From Acidimicrobiia bacterium (GTDB lineage Bacteria > Actinomycetota > Acidimicrobiia > IMCC26256 > PALSA-610), in assembly GCA_036501845.1 (NCBI GenBank), contig DASXZO010000040.1, positions 22,568 to 86,567 of the forward strand: 64,000 bases of DNA, in the 5' to 3' direction. How positions within the stretch are numbered: the first letter of the stretch is position 1; each line of letters starts with the position of its first letter. This document shows positions 52,704-61,250 of this stretch, in pieces. Position numbers and translations under genes: made by a program. Under the pieces are notes generated by a model, which saw nothing but the letters and a program-made list of their open reading frames with translations, made no database searches and was not told where the DNA came from.

Positions 52704-53791
52704 ACACGCCCACCGACGCCGAGATCGCCGCCGCCGCGCTGGCCACCGCACCGATGGGATCGCGCGCCGCGCTGCACCGCTTGTGGGAGCGGTGCGGCGA
52801 TCCACTGGTTGCGCTCGACGCGGTGCGCAACGACGACGCGGGCGAGGAGTGGCGAGGCGCGGCTGCATTGCTCCACATCGATCGCGTCGAGCGCACGATG
52901 ACGCGGCGCCGCACTCGCGTGCTGCTGCCGCACGACGCCGATTGGCCGCTGCCCGCCGATTGTCCGGAGCCGCCGGCAATCCTGTTCGCCGAGGGCGACG
53001 CCTTCGAAGCGCTCTTACGGCCGGGTGTGAGCATCGTCGGCACGCGCACGGCCACGCCGAACGGCGAAGCCGACGCGCACGACCTCGCGGCGCAGGTGGT
53101 GCGAGCCGGCTACACGGTGGTGAGCGGGTTGGCGATCGGCATCGACGCCGCGGCGCATCGCGGCGCGCTCGACGGCGGAGGCTGCACGGTCGGCGTGGTG
53201 GCAACCGGTCTCGACGTGGTGTACCCGCGCCGCCACGTCGACCTGTTCGCGCAGGTGCGCGCTCACGGCGTCGTGCTCGGTGAATATCCGTTCGGCACGC
53301 CGCCGGAACGGTGGCGGTTCCCGTCGCGCAACCGTTTGATCGCGGCGCTCGGCGAGGCATGCGTGGTGGTCGAGGCGAAGGCGCAGGGTGGAGCGCTGTC
53401 CACTGCCGGTCATGCCATGCAGATCGGTCGCGCGCTGCTGGCCATGCCGGGCTCGCGGCGCAACGCGGCCGCCGCGGGCACCAACGAGCTGATCCGCGAC
53501 GGTGCGCAGCCGCTGCTCGAGCCGCGCGACCTGTTCGTGGCGCTCGGCCTGCGCGCCGCCGGTGCCAGCGACAGCTCCGACGACGCTGAGGGGCGCTTTG
53601 CGCGTCCGGCCGCAGTGGCGATGTCGCTCGATGCGGCCACGGTGGTGCAGGCGTGTCACGGCGAGGCCACCACCATCGACCAGTTGCTGAGCCGCACCGG
53701 CCTCAGCACCGCAGTGGTGTCGGCGGCGCTGCGGGAACTCGAACGGGTCGGCGCAGTGAGCCGCCGCAGCGGCAGGATCTGGCCCGCGTGA
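52679..53791 (+). CDS. dprA: DNA processing protein DprA
   Basis: VSIVGTRTATPNG and TVVSGLAIGIDAAAHRGAL..FPSRNRLIAALG. An alternative GTG start at 52700 would form a GTGA overlap with the yifB stop. Confidence 0.85.
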   Translation: MDARGDRVNTPTDAEIAAAALATAPMGSRAALHRLWERCGDPLVALDAVRNDDAGEEWRGAAALLHIDRVERTMTRRRTRVLLPHDADWPLPADCPEPPAILFAEGDAFEALLRPGVSIVGTRTATPNGEADAHDLAAQVVRAGYTVVSGLAIGIDAAAHRGALDGGGCTVGVVATGLDVVYPRRHVDLFAQVRAHGVVLGEYPFGTPPERWRFPSRNRLIAALGEACVVVEAKAQGGALSTAGHAMQIGRALLAMPGSRRNAAAAGTNELIRDGAQPLLEPRDLFVALGLRAAGASDSSDDAEGRFARPAAVAMSLDAATVVQACHGEATTIDQLLSRTGLSTAVVSAALRELERVGAVSRRSGRIWPA

Positions 53792-53839
53792 CGACGCAAG
53801 TGTCGGAGAGGTGCGTGACAGCGCGCGTAGCGTGAAGCC

Positions 53840-53953
53840 ATGGGCTACAACCCGTACCGCCAACGTGTGTCGCGGCGGTCCGATCTGTGGTTCGTGCTGG
53901 CCGCGGTGGTGGTGGTCCTCGGCGTGGTGGCGTGGGCCGTGTTCCCACGCTGA
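53840..53953 (+). CDS. possible 37-aa single-TM microprotein
   Basis: This is below the ORF-track size cutoff. Hand translation gives MGYNPYRQRVSRRSDLWFVLAAVVVVLGVVAWAVFPR*. Third-position G+C looks coding-like. Confidence 0.3.
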   Translation: MGYNPYRQRVSRRSDLWFVLAAVVVVLGVVAWAVFPR

Positions 53954-53967
53954 ACGGGGGCACGCAC

Positions 53968-54204
53968 ATGGACATCGGTATCGGCCTCGACGTCGAGGTG
54001 CAGGTCACGCACGTGCAGCCGTATCAGGCAGTGAAGTCGTATCGCTGTCCCGGCTGTGACCACACGATCGAACCCGGGCTCGGCCACGAGGTGGTGGTGC
54101 CCGTCGATGCACCCGACCTGCGCCGGCATTGGCACAACGGCTGCTGGCAGCGGGCCGCGCGCGAGCGCACTCGTGCCGCGCAGCGCCGGCGCGACAACAC
54201 CTGA
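53968..54204 (+). CDS. small hypothetical protein with a CPGC..HNGC putative zinc-binding motif
   Basis: The ATG at 53968 lies inside ORF 53887..54204. The product reads MDIGIGLDVEVQVTHVQPYQAVKSYRCPGCDHTIEPG..RRHWHNGCWQR. Confidence 0.45.
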   Translation: MDIGIGLDVEVQVTHVQPYQAVKSYRCPGCDHTIEPGLGHEVVVPVDAPDLRRHWHNGCWQRAARERTRAAQRRRDNT

Positions 54205-54216
54205 ACCACCGCGGCG

Positions 54217-54573
54217 TCAGAACACGCCTTCGAGCACGTCGATGTGCGGCGCGCTTCCCCCGGGAGTGACCGACGCGACGTCGAAGCGGATGGTGCAGCC
54301 GTGCTGCGGGTGCGCGGCAAGGAACGCCCCCGCGAGACGCCGGATGCGGAGCTGCTTGGTGCGCGTGATCGCCTCCACCGGCGTGCCGAAACGCGCGTGG
54401 CTGCGTGCCTTCACCTCGCACACCACCACGACCGACGCTCGACGCGCCACGATGTCGAGCTCGCCCTCGCGCACCCGCCAGTTACGGGCGAGGATCTCGT
54501 AGCCGCGCTCGCGATACCAGCCCTCGACGGCGCGTTCGGCCGCGGCACCGATCCCCTGTCGTGCGTCGCCCAC
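54217..54573 (-). CDS. yraN: YraN family endonuclease (UPF0102)
   Basis: AERAVEGWYRERGYEILARNWRVREGELDIVARRASVVVVCEVKAR. Confidence 0.8.
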   Translation of the reverse strand: MGDARQGIGAAAERAVEGWYRERGYEILARNWRVREGELDIVARRASVVVVCEVKARSHARFGTPVEAITRTKQLRIRRLAGAFLAAHPQHGCTIRFDVASVTPGGSAPHIDVLEGVF

Positions 54574-54614
54574 TGTGCTCGAGAACCGCCTCGCCCGCTA
54601 CCGCTCGCCGAGAT

Positions 54615-54866
54615 TCACTTCGAAGAGCTTCTCACCGAGCGGCCAACCTCGAGCACCAGGAAGATGAACGTTGCAGCAATCAACACGAAGGCGGCCGACA
54701 CGAGCAGATTCGAATCGTCGTACTGCGCTCTGTCGTGCGCGTACAGGTACAGCTTGAAGACGAAGAGACACAACACCCCGCCCACAAGGGCTGCCATCAG
54801 CCGTCTTCGATTGAGACCCACGAACCCCCGCACGGCCAACGAACCCGCTTCCTGACGAGACGGCAA
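54615..54866 (-). CDS. small hypothetical two-TM membrane protein
   Basis: The ORF is 83 aa and contains LMAALVGGVLCLFVFKLYLY and LLVSAAFVLIAATFIFLVL. It lies in a stretch of visibly lower G+C. The start is uncertain. Confidence 0.35.
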   Translation of the reverse strand: MPSRQEAGSLAVRGFVGLNRRRLMAALVGGVLCLFVFKLYLYAHDRAQYDDSNLLVSAAFVLIAATFIFLVLEVGRSVRSSSK

Positions 54867-54869
54867 GGA

Positions 54870-55166
54870 TCAGAGCTCGTCCGGCGCGGCCAGCTCTTCG
54901 ATGTTCACATCCTTGAAGGTGAGCACTCGCACGTGGGGCACGAAGCGCGCCGGGCGGTACATGTCCCACACCCACGCGTCGTTCAGGATCAGCTCGAAAT
55001 AGGTACGCCCGTTGTCGGAGCGCACCTCGCTCACGACCTCATTGGCGAGATAGAAGCGCCGCTCGGTCTCCACCACGAACTTGAAGAGGCGGGCGACGTC
55101 CTTGTACTCCTGGTAGAGCTGGAGTTCGATCTCCGTCTCGTACCGTTCGAGGTCCTCAGCACTCAC
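54870..55166 (-). CDS. DUF2469 family protein
   Basis: The GTG at 55166 lies inside ORF 54870..55223. SAEDLERYETEIELQLYQEYKDVARLFKFVVETERRFYLAN is the conserved actinobacterial DUF2469 pattern. Confidence 0.7.
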   Translation of the reverse strand: MSAEDLERYETEIELQLYQEYKDVARLFKFVVETERRFYLANEVVSEVRSDNGRTYFELILNDAWVWDMYRPARFVPHVRVLTFKDVNIEELAAPDEL

Positions 55167-55251
55167 GCCGACCAGTGTAGAGATCGTCCCTCGCGCTTCG
55201 GCCCGGCGACTCCGCCGCCCCACGCCCGCTCCAGCGGCCGGTTCCGGGCCT

Positions 55252-56847
55252 TCAGCCCGCCAGTCTGAGGGCGAGCAGTTGGGGCGGTTGGGCCATCCCC
55301 ACCGGCACGTAGAGGGTGTCGCCCACGGCCGCCATCCAACCGTTGATGCCCCCGGCCGCCTTGTACTTCCACACGATCGCGCCGGTGCTGCGGTCGAGGG
55401 CCACGATCGTGCCGTCGAGCAAGGCGCTGAACACGAGATCGTTCACGACGGTGGCGCCGCCGAGCGGATCGCCGGCCACCTTGGTATCCCACAGCACGTG
55501 ACCGTTCGCGGCGTCGATGGCCACGATCTCACCCGGGCGCTTGCCGAGATCGCTGCCGATATACGCGGTCTGTGTGGGCCGCAACGTGGTGGGCGCGTTG
55601 ATCACGGCCGCGTACACCACGCCCGACGCCGTGGCCGGCGGGGTGAGCACGCCGCCGTACGTGCCGGGATACACCACGGTGGGCCCGGACAGCGTCGTGC
55701 GATCGTCGTTCTGGTGCAGTCCGACGGCGCGCTGCCACAGCATCTTGCCGGTATCGGGGTCGAGGCCCACGATCTCGCCCGACTTGCCCGCGCTCACCAC
55801 CACCTCGCGGCCGCCGACGGTGGCGAGCAGCGCGTGCACCTGGTCGCGGTCGAAGAGATCGTGCTCGGTCACCTGGTGGTACCAGCGCAGGTGGCCGGTG
55901 TCGAGGTCGAGCGCCACCAGCGAGTCGGCATAGAGGTTGTCGCCGGGCCGGCTCGTGCCGTTCGGGTACGCGGTGGTGCCGGGGAACGGCGCCGGGTTCG
56001 CCACACCCACGTACACGAGGTGGCGCCGCAGGTCGATCGCCGGCGGGTACCACGCGCCGCCACCCGAGTTGATGGTGGGATGGCCCCACAGATCGGCGGA
56101 CACGGTCACGAACTGCCAACGGATATCGCCGGTGCGTGCGTCGAGCGCGTAGACCGTGCCGCGGTCACCGCCCTGGTAGATGCCGTTGATCGACACCGGC
56201 ACGGTGCTCGCGAGCACGAGCCCGTCGGCCGCCGTGGGCTGGATGTCGACACCTTCGCTCTTGGTCTGGCTGATCTGGCGCGTCCAGAGTTGCCGACCGG
56301 TCTTGGCGTCGAGCGCGACCACGCCGCGCGAACCGCTGTCGGCAAAGACGCGACCGTCGGCGATGGCCACACCGAACGGGCCGATGTTGAAACCGCTCGG
56401 CGCCGAGCTCCACTCGACGCGGCCATTCGCAGCGTCGATCGCTTCGACGTGGCCGTTGCCGTCCTCGAGATAGACGATGCCGTCGATCACGATCGGCGCG
56501 GTGGTGAGTGCACCCATCTGCTTCGGCGACGAGCGCCACGCCACGCGCAAGCGCGCCACGTCGGCACGGTCGATCGTCGAACCCACCGCGGCTCGCGTGT
56601 TGGCGTAGTTCTGACCCGGTAACGGCCACTGATTGCTCGCGCCGCCAACGTCGGCCGGCTCGCCCGGCAGCGCCGCGGTGGTGGAGGACGCGACGACGCG
56701 CGTCGTCGTCGAAGCGCCGGACGATGATGACGACGACTTCGATGATGACGAGCTGCACGCGCCAAACAACAGCGCGATCGCGAGCAGCGCGCCCCCGACC
56801 GTCCTATGCGTCGTCTGACACTCGTATACCGCTGTCGAACGACGCAT
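55252..56847 (-). CDS. PQQ-like beta-propeller repeat lipoprotein (quinoprotein/BamB-like fold)
   Basis: The lipobox-like signal is ALLAIALLFGAC-SSSSS. The propeller pattern A.DA.TG...W recurs eight times. Confidence 0.7.
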   Translation of the reverse strand: MRRSTAVYECQTTHRTVGGALLAIALLFGACSSSSSKSSSSSSGASTTTRVVASSTTAALPGEPADVGGASNQWPLPGQNYANTRAAVGSTIDRADVARLRVAWRSSPKQMGALTTAPIVIDGIVYLEDGNGHVEAIDAANGRVEWSSAPSGFNIGPFGVAIADGRVFADSGSRGVVALDAKTGRQLWTRQISQTKSEGVDIQPTAADGLVLASTVPVSINGIYQGGDRGTVYALDARTGDIRWQFVTVSADLWGHPTINSGGGAWYPPAIDLRRHLVYVGVANPAPFPGTTAYPNGTSRPGDNLYADSLVALDLDTGHLRWYHQVTEHDLFDRDQVHALLATVGGREVVVSAGKSGEIVGLDPDTGKMLWQRAVGLHQNDDRTTLSGPTVVYPGTYGGVLTPPATASGVVYAAVINAPTTLRPTQTAYIGSDLGKRPGEIVAIDAANGHVLWDTKVAGDPLGGATVVNDLVFSALLDGTIVALDRSTGAIVWKYKAAGGINGWMAAVGDTLYVPVGMAQPPQLLALRLAG

Positions 56848-56858
56848 ACGCGAATCGG

Positions 56859-57203
56859 TCAGTCGCGGCGCTCGCGGATCTTCGCCTTTTTCCCGACGCG
56901 GTCGCGCAGGTAGTAGAGCTTGGCGCGACGCACGACGCCGCGGCTCACCACTTCGATCTTGGCGATCACCGGCGAGTGCACCGGGAAGGTGCGCTCGACG
57001 CCCACGCCGAAGCTCACCTTGCGCACCGTGAACGTCTCACGTGCACCGCTCCCCTGGCGACGGATCACCGCGCCCTGGAACACCTGCACCCGCTCGCGCG
57101 TGCCCTCCACGACGCGCACGTGCACCTTCAGCGTGTCGCCCGGCGCGAAGTTGGGGACGTCGTCGCGCAGACTGTCGCGGTCGATGAGGTCGGTGCGGTG
57201 CAT
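56859..57203 (-). CDS. rplS: 50S ribosomal protein L19
   Basis: [29 protein letters not shown] and RRAKLYYLR. Confidence 0.95.
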   Translation of the reverse strand: MHRTDLIDRDSLRDDVPNFAPGDTLKVHVRVVEGTRERVQVFQGAVIRRQGSGARETFTVRKVSFGVGVERTFPVHSPVIAKIEVVSRGVVRRAKLYYLRDRVGKKAKIRERRD

Positions 57204-57289
57204 GACAGAAGCCTCCGGCTGGCGTGTGTCGACGCGAATCGCCGCCCAAATACGGGTGTTGGTCGCGCCGGTCGGACGGACGGACGATG

Positions 57290-58075
57290 CTACCGGCCCG
57301 CCTCGCCGTGGGGGAACTCGCGCAGCACCGCCTCGTCGGCGGCCGCCAGCGGATCACGGACCAGGTCGGGACGGCGTGCCGCCGTGCGCCGCAACGCCTC
57401 GGCCCGGCGCCAGCGCGCCACGCGGCCGTGGTCGCCGCTGCGCAGCACCTCGGGCACTTCCCACCCGCGGAACTCGGCCGGCCGCGTGTACTGCGGATAT
57501 TCGAGCAGCGTCGTCCCAGACGGCTCGGCGCTGAAGCTCTCGTCGCCGGTGGACTCCTCGTTGCCGAGCACGCCCGGCACCAGCCGGGCCACGGCCTCGA
57601 TCACCACGAGCGCGGCGGCCTCACCGCCGGCGAGCACGAAGTCGCCCACCGACAGCTCGCCGTCGCAGAGATGGTCGGCCACACGCTGGTCGACGCCCTC
57701 GTAGCGCCCGCAGAGCAGCGAGAACCCCGGCATTGCCGCGAGCTCGTGGGCCCGCGCCTGGTCGAAGCGACGCCCGCTCGGCGACAGCAGCAACAGCGGG
57801 CGCGGCGGATCGGCCGCTTCGACCGCCGCGAACAACGGACCCGGCATCATCACCATGCCGGGCCCGCCGCCGAACGGCGCGTCGTCGACACTGCGATGGC
57901 GATCCGTGGCCTGCGCACGCGGATCGTGCACGCGCACGTCGAGCAGTCCCGCGGCGCGACCGCGCCCAAGGATGCTCGCGCCGAGCGCGCCCTCCACGTA
58001 CTCCGGCACAATCGTGAACACGTCGATCCGCAACGCCGACGGAGTCGACCCGTTCGACACGGCGGCCGCGCTCAC
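57290..58075 (-). CDS. trmD: tRNA (guanine37-N1)-methyltransferase
   Basis: The GTG at 58075 forms a GTGA overlap with the rimM stop. Motifs are [24 protein letters not shown] and [13 protein letters not shown]. Confidence 0.9.
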   Translation of the reverse strand: MSAAAVSNGSTPSALRIDVFTIVPEYVEGALGASILGRGRAAGLLDVRVHDPRAQATDRHRSVDDAPFGGGPGMVMMPGPLFAAVEAADPPRPLLLLSPSGRRFDQARAHELAAMPGFSLLCGRYEGVDQRVADHLCDGELSVGDFVLAGGEAAALVVIEAVARLVPGVLGNEESTGDESFSAEPSGTTLLEYPQYTRPAEFRGWEVPEVLRSGDHGRVARWRRAEALRRTAARRPDLVRDPLAAADEAVLREFPHGEAGR

Positions 58076-58569
58076 TTCCCGGCGAACAGCTCGAGCAGCC
58101 CGTCGGGCAGGTCGACCGTCACGGCGTGCGCGCCGGTGTCGTGCTCGGTGACGAACACCATCGGGATCAACACACCGTCGTCGAGCACGAGCAGGTCGTG
58201 CGCGGGATTGTCCTCCACCGCGACGACCGTACCGAGCACGGTGCCGTCCTTGTCGATGCACGTGGCACCCACCAGCTCGTGCACCCACATCTCACCCTCG
58301 GGCAACGGGCCGAGTGGTGGCGCCAACGCAGTGGCACCGCGCAACGCCTCCGCGGCATTGCGATCGGTCACGCCGTCGAGCTGCACGATCCAGCGATCGC
58401 CCTGGGCGCGCGCGGCCTGCACCTCGAAGTCGCGATCGCCGATCTTCCACAGCGCGCCGACACGGAAGCGTTCGGGCCGGTTCGACACCGGCGCCACCAC
58501 CACCTCGCCCCGCAACCCGTGCGCACGAGTGACGTGCGCGATCTCGAGCAGGCCGTCGTCAGAACTCAC
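58072..58569 (-). CDS. rimM: 16S rRNA processing protein RimM
   Basis: LLEIAHVTRAHGLRGEVVV plus a C-terminal PRC barrel pattern. Confidence 0.9.
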   Translation of the reverse strand: MSSDDGLLEIAHVTRAHGLRGEVVVAPVSNRPERFRVGALWKIGDRDFEVQAARAQGDRWIVQLDGVTDRNAAEALRGATALAPPLGPLPEGEMWVHELVGATCIDKDGTVLGTVVAVEDNPAHDLLVLDDGVLIPMVFVTEHDTGAHAVTVDLPDGLLELFAGK

Positions 58570-58585
58570 GAGCTACTCACTCGGG

Positions 58586-58650
58586 GGCGGTGACCGAAGC
58601 AGCGCAGGAGCGAGGGACGAGCGAGATGCGTGCGCAGAGAACTCGCAGCG
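58586..58650 (-). repeat. 65-nt intergenic repeat, copy B (inverted relative to copy A)
   Basis: The copy lies in the rimM-KH gene gap. See 49014..49078 for the alignment. The + strand reads GCGCAGGAGCGAGGGACGAGCGA, 17 nt, then CTCGCAGCG. Confidence 0.55.
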
Positions 58651-58673
58651 CTGCCGGAGGCGGCGCAATGGAC

Positions 58674-58997
58674 TCAGTCGACGACGTCGAGCTGCACGCG
58701 CTCGTCGTCGGCGGCACCCGCGGCGCGCGCCACTTGGCGCAGCGCTTGCACGGTGCGACCGCGCCGGCCGATCAGGCGACCGACGTCGCCGGGCGTGGCC
58801 CGCACCACGAGCTTGGCCTCGTGTGGGCGGCCCTCTTCGACGTCCACATCGATGCCGTCGGGATCGTCGACGAGTTGGCGTGCGAGGAACTCGGTGACCT
58901 TCTTGGCCCGCGCACCCACGATGCGGTTGCCCGGACCGGCGACTTCGTCGTCGAGCTCGTCGGCCTCGGAGTCGAAGGCGTCGGAGTCGAGCGTCAT
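58674..58997 (-). CDS. KH-domain RNA-binding protein (YlqC/UPF0109-like)
   Basis: [20 protein letters not shown] is the GxxG KH motif. The gene occupies the conserved position between rpsP and rimM. Confidence 0.8.
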   Translation of the reverse strand: MTLDSDAFDSEADELDDEVAGPGNRIVGARAKKVTEFLARQLVDDPDGIDVDVEEGRPHEAKLVVRATPGDVGRLIGRRGRTVQALRQVARAAGAADDERVQLDVVD

Positions 58998-59347
58998 TCG
59001 GCCGTCGCCTCCGCGTCGGGCGCGGCCTCAGCCGCAGCCTTCGGGCGTGGCTGCTTGGCCTTCGGCTTCGCCGCCGCGGCCTTGCCGTGCTTCGACTGGT
59101 ACTCGTCCCACACGCCGGCGATCCCCAGGATCTTGGCGGCCTGCTCGGTGGGCTGCGCGCCCTTCTCGATCCAGCGCAACGCCGCGGCCGCGTCGACGTT
59201 CACGAGCGACGGCTCGTGCCGCGGCTCGTACTGCCCGAGGATCTCGATGAAGCGGCCGTCACGCGGGCTGCGCGAGTCGGCGACGACGACGCGGTAGGTC
59301 GGTTGCTTCTTCTTACCGACACGCATCAGTCGGATTTTGACGCTCAC
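58994..59347 (-). CDS. rpsP: 30S ribosomal protein S16
   Basis: [35 protein letters not shown]. The GTG start follows GGGAGAG. Confidence 0.95.
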   Translation of the reverse strand: MSVKIRLMRVGKKKQPTYRVVVADSRSPRDGRFIEILGQYEPRHEPSLVNVDAAAALRWIEKGAQPTEQAAKILGIAGVWDEYQSKHGKAAAAKPKAKQPRPKAAAEAAPDAEATAE

Positions 59348-59374
59348 GAACGCTCTCCCTGGGGTAACGAAATC

Positions 59375-59407
59375 AGCCCGTGCAGGCTAGCCGGGCCCGT
59401 GCGGGCT
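59375..59407 (-). terminator. candidate hairpin immediately after the ffh stop
   Basis: The minus strand reads AGCCCGCACGGGCCCGGCUAGCCUGCACGGGCU. It forms 6-bp outer and 5-bp inner pairings and is followed by GAUUUCGUU. Confidence 0.3.
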
Positions 59408-60891
59408 TACCGCTTCGGCGGCGCTCCGGGGAACCCGCCGCCGAGTCCACCGAGGTCGCCGAGGTCGCCCAGATCGCCGAAACCGGGCGGGATCTGACCG
59501 AACGGGTTCGGCCCGCCGCCCGCGGGACGGCTCTTGCCGCGCGCCTGCGTACCGGCCGGCGTGACCCGCCCACCCTTTTTCTTCTTGCCCTTGCGAGTGG
59601 CCATGCGCCCGAGCGGCCCCATCTGGCGCATCATCTGCTGCATCTGCTTGAACTGGCGCAGCAGGTTGTTGACCTCCTGCGTCGACGTGCCTGAACCCTT
59701 GGCGATGCGCGAACGCCGCGACCCGTTGATGAGGTCGGGCTTGCGCCGCTCGGCCGGCGTCATCGAATGAATGATCGCCTCCACGCGCGCGAGCTCGCGA
59801 TCGTCGATGTCGGCGTCCTTCACCTCTTTGGGCATGCCCGGCAGCATCCCGATCACGTTCTGCAAGGGCCCCATCTTCTTCACCTGCGCGAGCTGCTCGA
59901 GGAAGTCCTCGAGTGTGAACGAGCCTTCGCGCAGGATCTCCTCGGCGCGCTCCTTCTGCGCGCTGTCGAAGGCATCTTCGGCCTTCTCGATGAGCGTGAG
60001 CACGTCGCCCATCCCGAGGATGCGGCTCGCCATCCGATCGGGATGGAACACCTCGATCTCGTCGAGCTTCTCACCGGTGCCCGCGTACAGGATCGGCTTG
60101 CCGACCACCTCTTTCACACTCAGCGCCGCGCCGCCACGCGCGTCGCCGTCGATCTTGGTGATGATCACGCCGTCGAGCCCGATCTGCTCGTTGAACTCGG
60201 CGGCGACGTCGACGGCTTGCTGACCGATCATCGCGTCGATCACCAGCAACGTGTTCTGCGGATGCACCGTGTCGCGAATCGCGCGCAGCTCGTCCATGAG
60301 CTCGGTGTCGATCTGCAACCGACCGGCAGTGTCGATCAGCACGATGTTGCGGCCGAGACGAGCCGCCTCGTCGATGCTCTTGCGCGCCACCGTGACCGGA
60401 TCGGACGGCTCGGAGAAGAACGGCACGTCCACCCGCTCGGCGAGCGTGCGCAACTGCTCGACCGCGGCCAACCGCTGCAAGTCGGCACCCACCAGCAACG
60501 GCTGCAAACCTTGACTCTTCAGCAGCCGCGCGATCTTCGCCGCATGCGTCGTCTTCCCGGAGCCCTGCAACCCGGCGAGCATCACCACCGTGGGCGGCTT
60601 CGAGCTCATCGTGAGCTTCGCGGTGTCGCCACCGAGAATGTTCGTGAGCTCATCGTTGACGATCTTGATGATCTGCTGCGCCGGATTCAGCGCCTCGTGC
60701 ACCCGCTGACCGACGGCCTTCTCCCGCACCCGATCCACGAACGCCCGCGCCACCCGCGCGTTCACGTCAGCAGCAATCAGCGCCCGGCGCAGCTCACTCG
60801 CAACATCGTCGACATCGCGCTCCGACAGCTTCCCGCGCTTCCCAACCCGCTTGAAGATCGCCTCGAACCGCTCCGACAGTGACTCAAACAT
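59407..60891 (-). CDS. ffh: signal recognition particle protein Ffh
   Basis: The ATG at 60891 (MFESLSERF) lies within ORF 59407..61011. Motifs are LAGLQGSGKTT, IDTAGR and a Met-rich M domain. Confidence 0.95.
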   Translation of the reverse strand: MFESLSERFEAIFKRVGKRGKLSERDVDDVASELRRALIAADVNARVARAFVDRVREKAVGQRVHEALNPAQQIIKIVNDELTNILGGDTAKLTMSSKPPTVVMLAGLQGSGKTTHAAKIARLLKSQGLQPLLVGADLQRLAAVEQLRTLAERVDVPFFSEPSDPVTVARKSIDEAARLGRNIVLIDTAGRLQIDTELMDELRAIRDTVHPQNTLLVIDAMIGQQAVDVAAEFNEQIGLDGVIITKIDGDARGGAALSVKEVVGKPILYAGTGEKLDEIEVFHPDRMASRILGMGDVLTLIEKAEDAFDSAQKERAEEILREGSFTLEDFLEQLAQVKKMGPLQNVIGMLPGMPKEVKDADIDDRELARVEAIIHSMTPAERRKPDLINGSRRSRIAKGSGTSTQEVNNLLRQFKQMQQMMRQMGPLGRMATRKGKKKKGGRVTPAGTQARGKSRPAGGGPNPFGQIPPGFGDLGDLGDLGGLGGGFPGAPPKR

Positions 60892-60941
60892 TCCGGTCGA
60901 TGGTAACGGTGTCGCGAAGTCGCGCCCCCTCTCTGGGCAGC

Positions 60942-61009
60942 CGGGATATTCCGACATCGTACGTCCGTCGGTATATTCCGACTTTGATACAGTGTCGGGA
61001 TATGACGAC
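60942..61009 (+). promoter_or_regulatory. three phased 14-bp direct repeats (candidate HipB operator array)
   Basis: The repeats are CGGGATATTCCGAC (60942-60955), CGGTATATTCCGAC (60969-60982) and CGGGATATGACGAC (60996-61009). Their starts are exactly 27 bp apart, and the third covers the hipB ATG. Confidence 0.5.
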
Positions 61010-61250
61010 ATTCCAGAATGGCCCCAACCGCGAGTTCCGCGTCTATACCGCGGCCTCGCTGGGAGACGCCATCCGCCACTACCGCACCGAGGCGGGGCTC
61101 ACGCAGGCAGAGCTCGCCGCGCAGACCGGCCTCCAACGCAGCTACCTCTCGGAGCTCGAGCGCGGTAAGGAAACCGAGCAGCTCAAGCGGTTGCTTCGAG
61201 TGCTCCGCCAACTCGGCGTGCGTATGACATTGCACAAGGCGGACTGGTAA
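61002..61250 (+). CDS. hipB: XRE-family HTH antitoxin, HipB-like
   Basis: The ATG at 61002 lies inside ORF 60879..61250. The HTH is LTQAELAAQTGLQRSYLSELERG. The stop overlaps the hipA ATG (TAATG). Confidence 0.75.
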   Translation: MTTFQNGPNREFRVYTAASLGDAIRHYRTEAGLTQAELAAQTGLQRSYLSELERGKETEQLKRLLRVLRQLGVRMTLHKADW

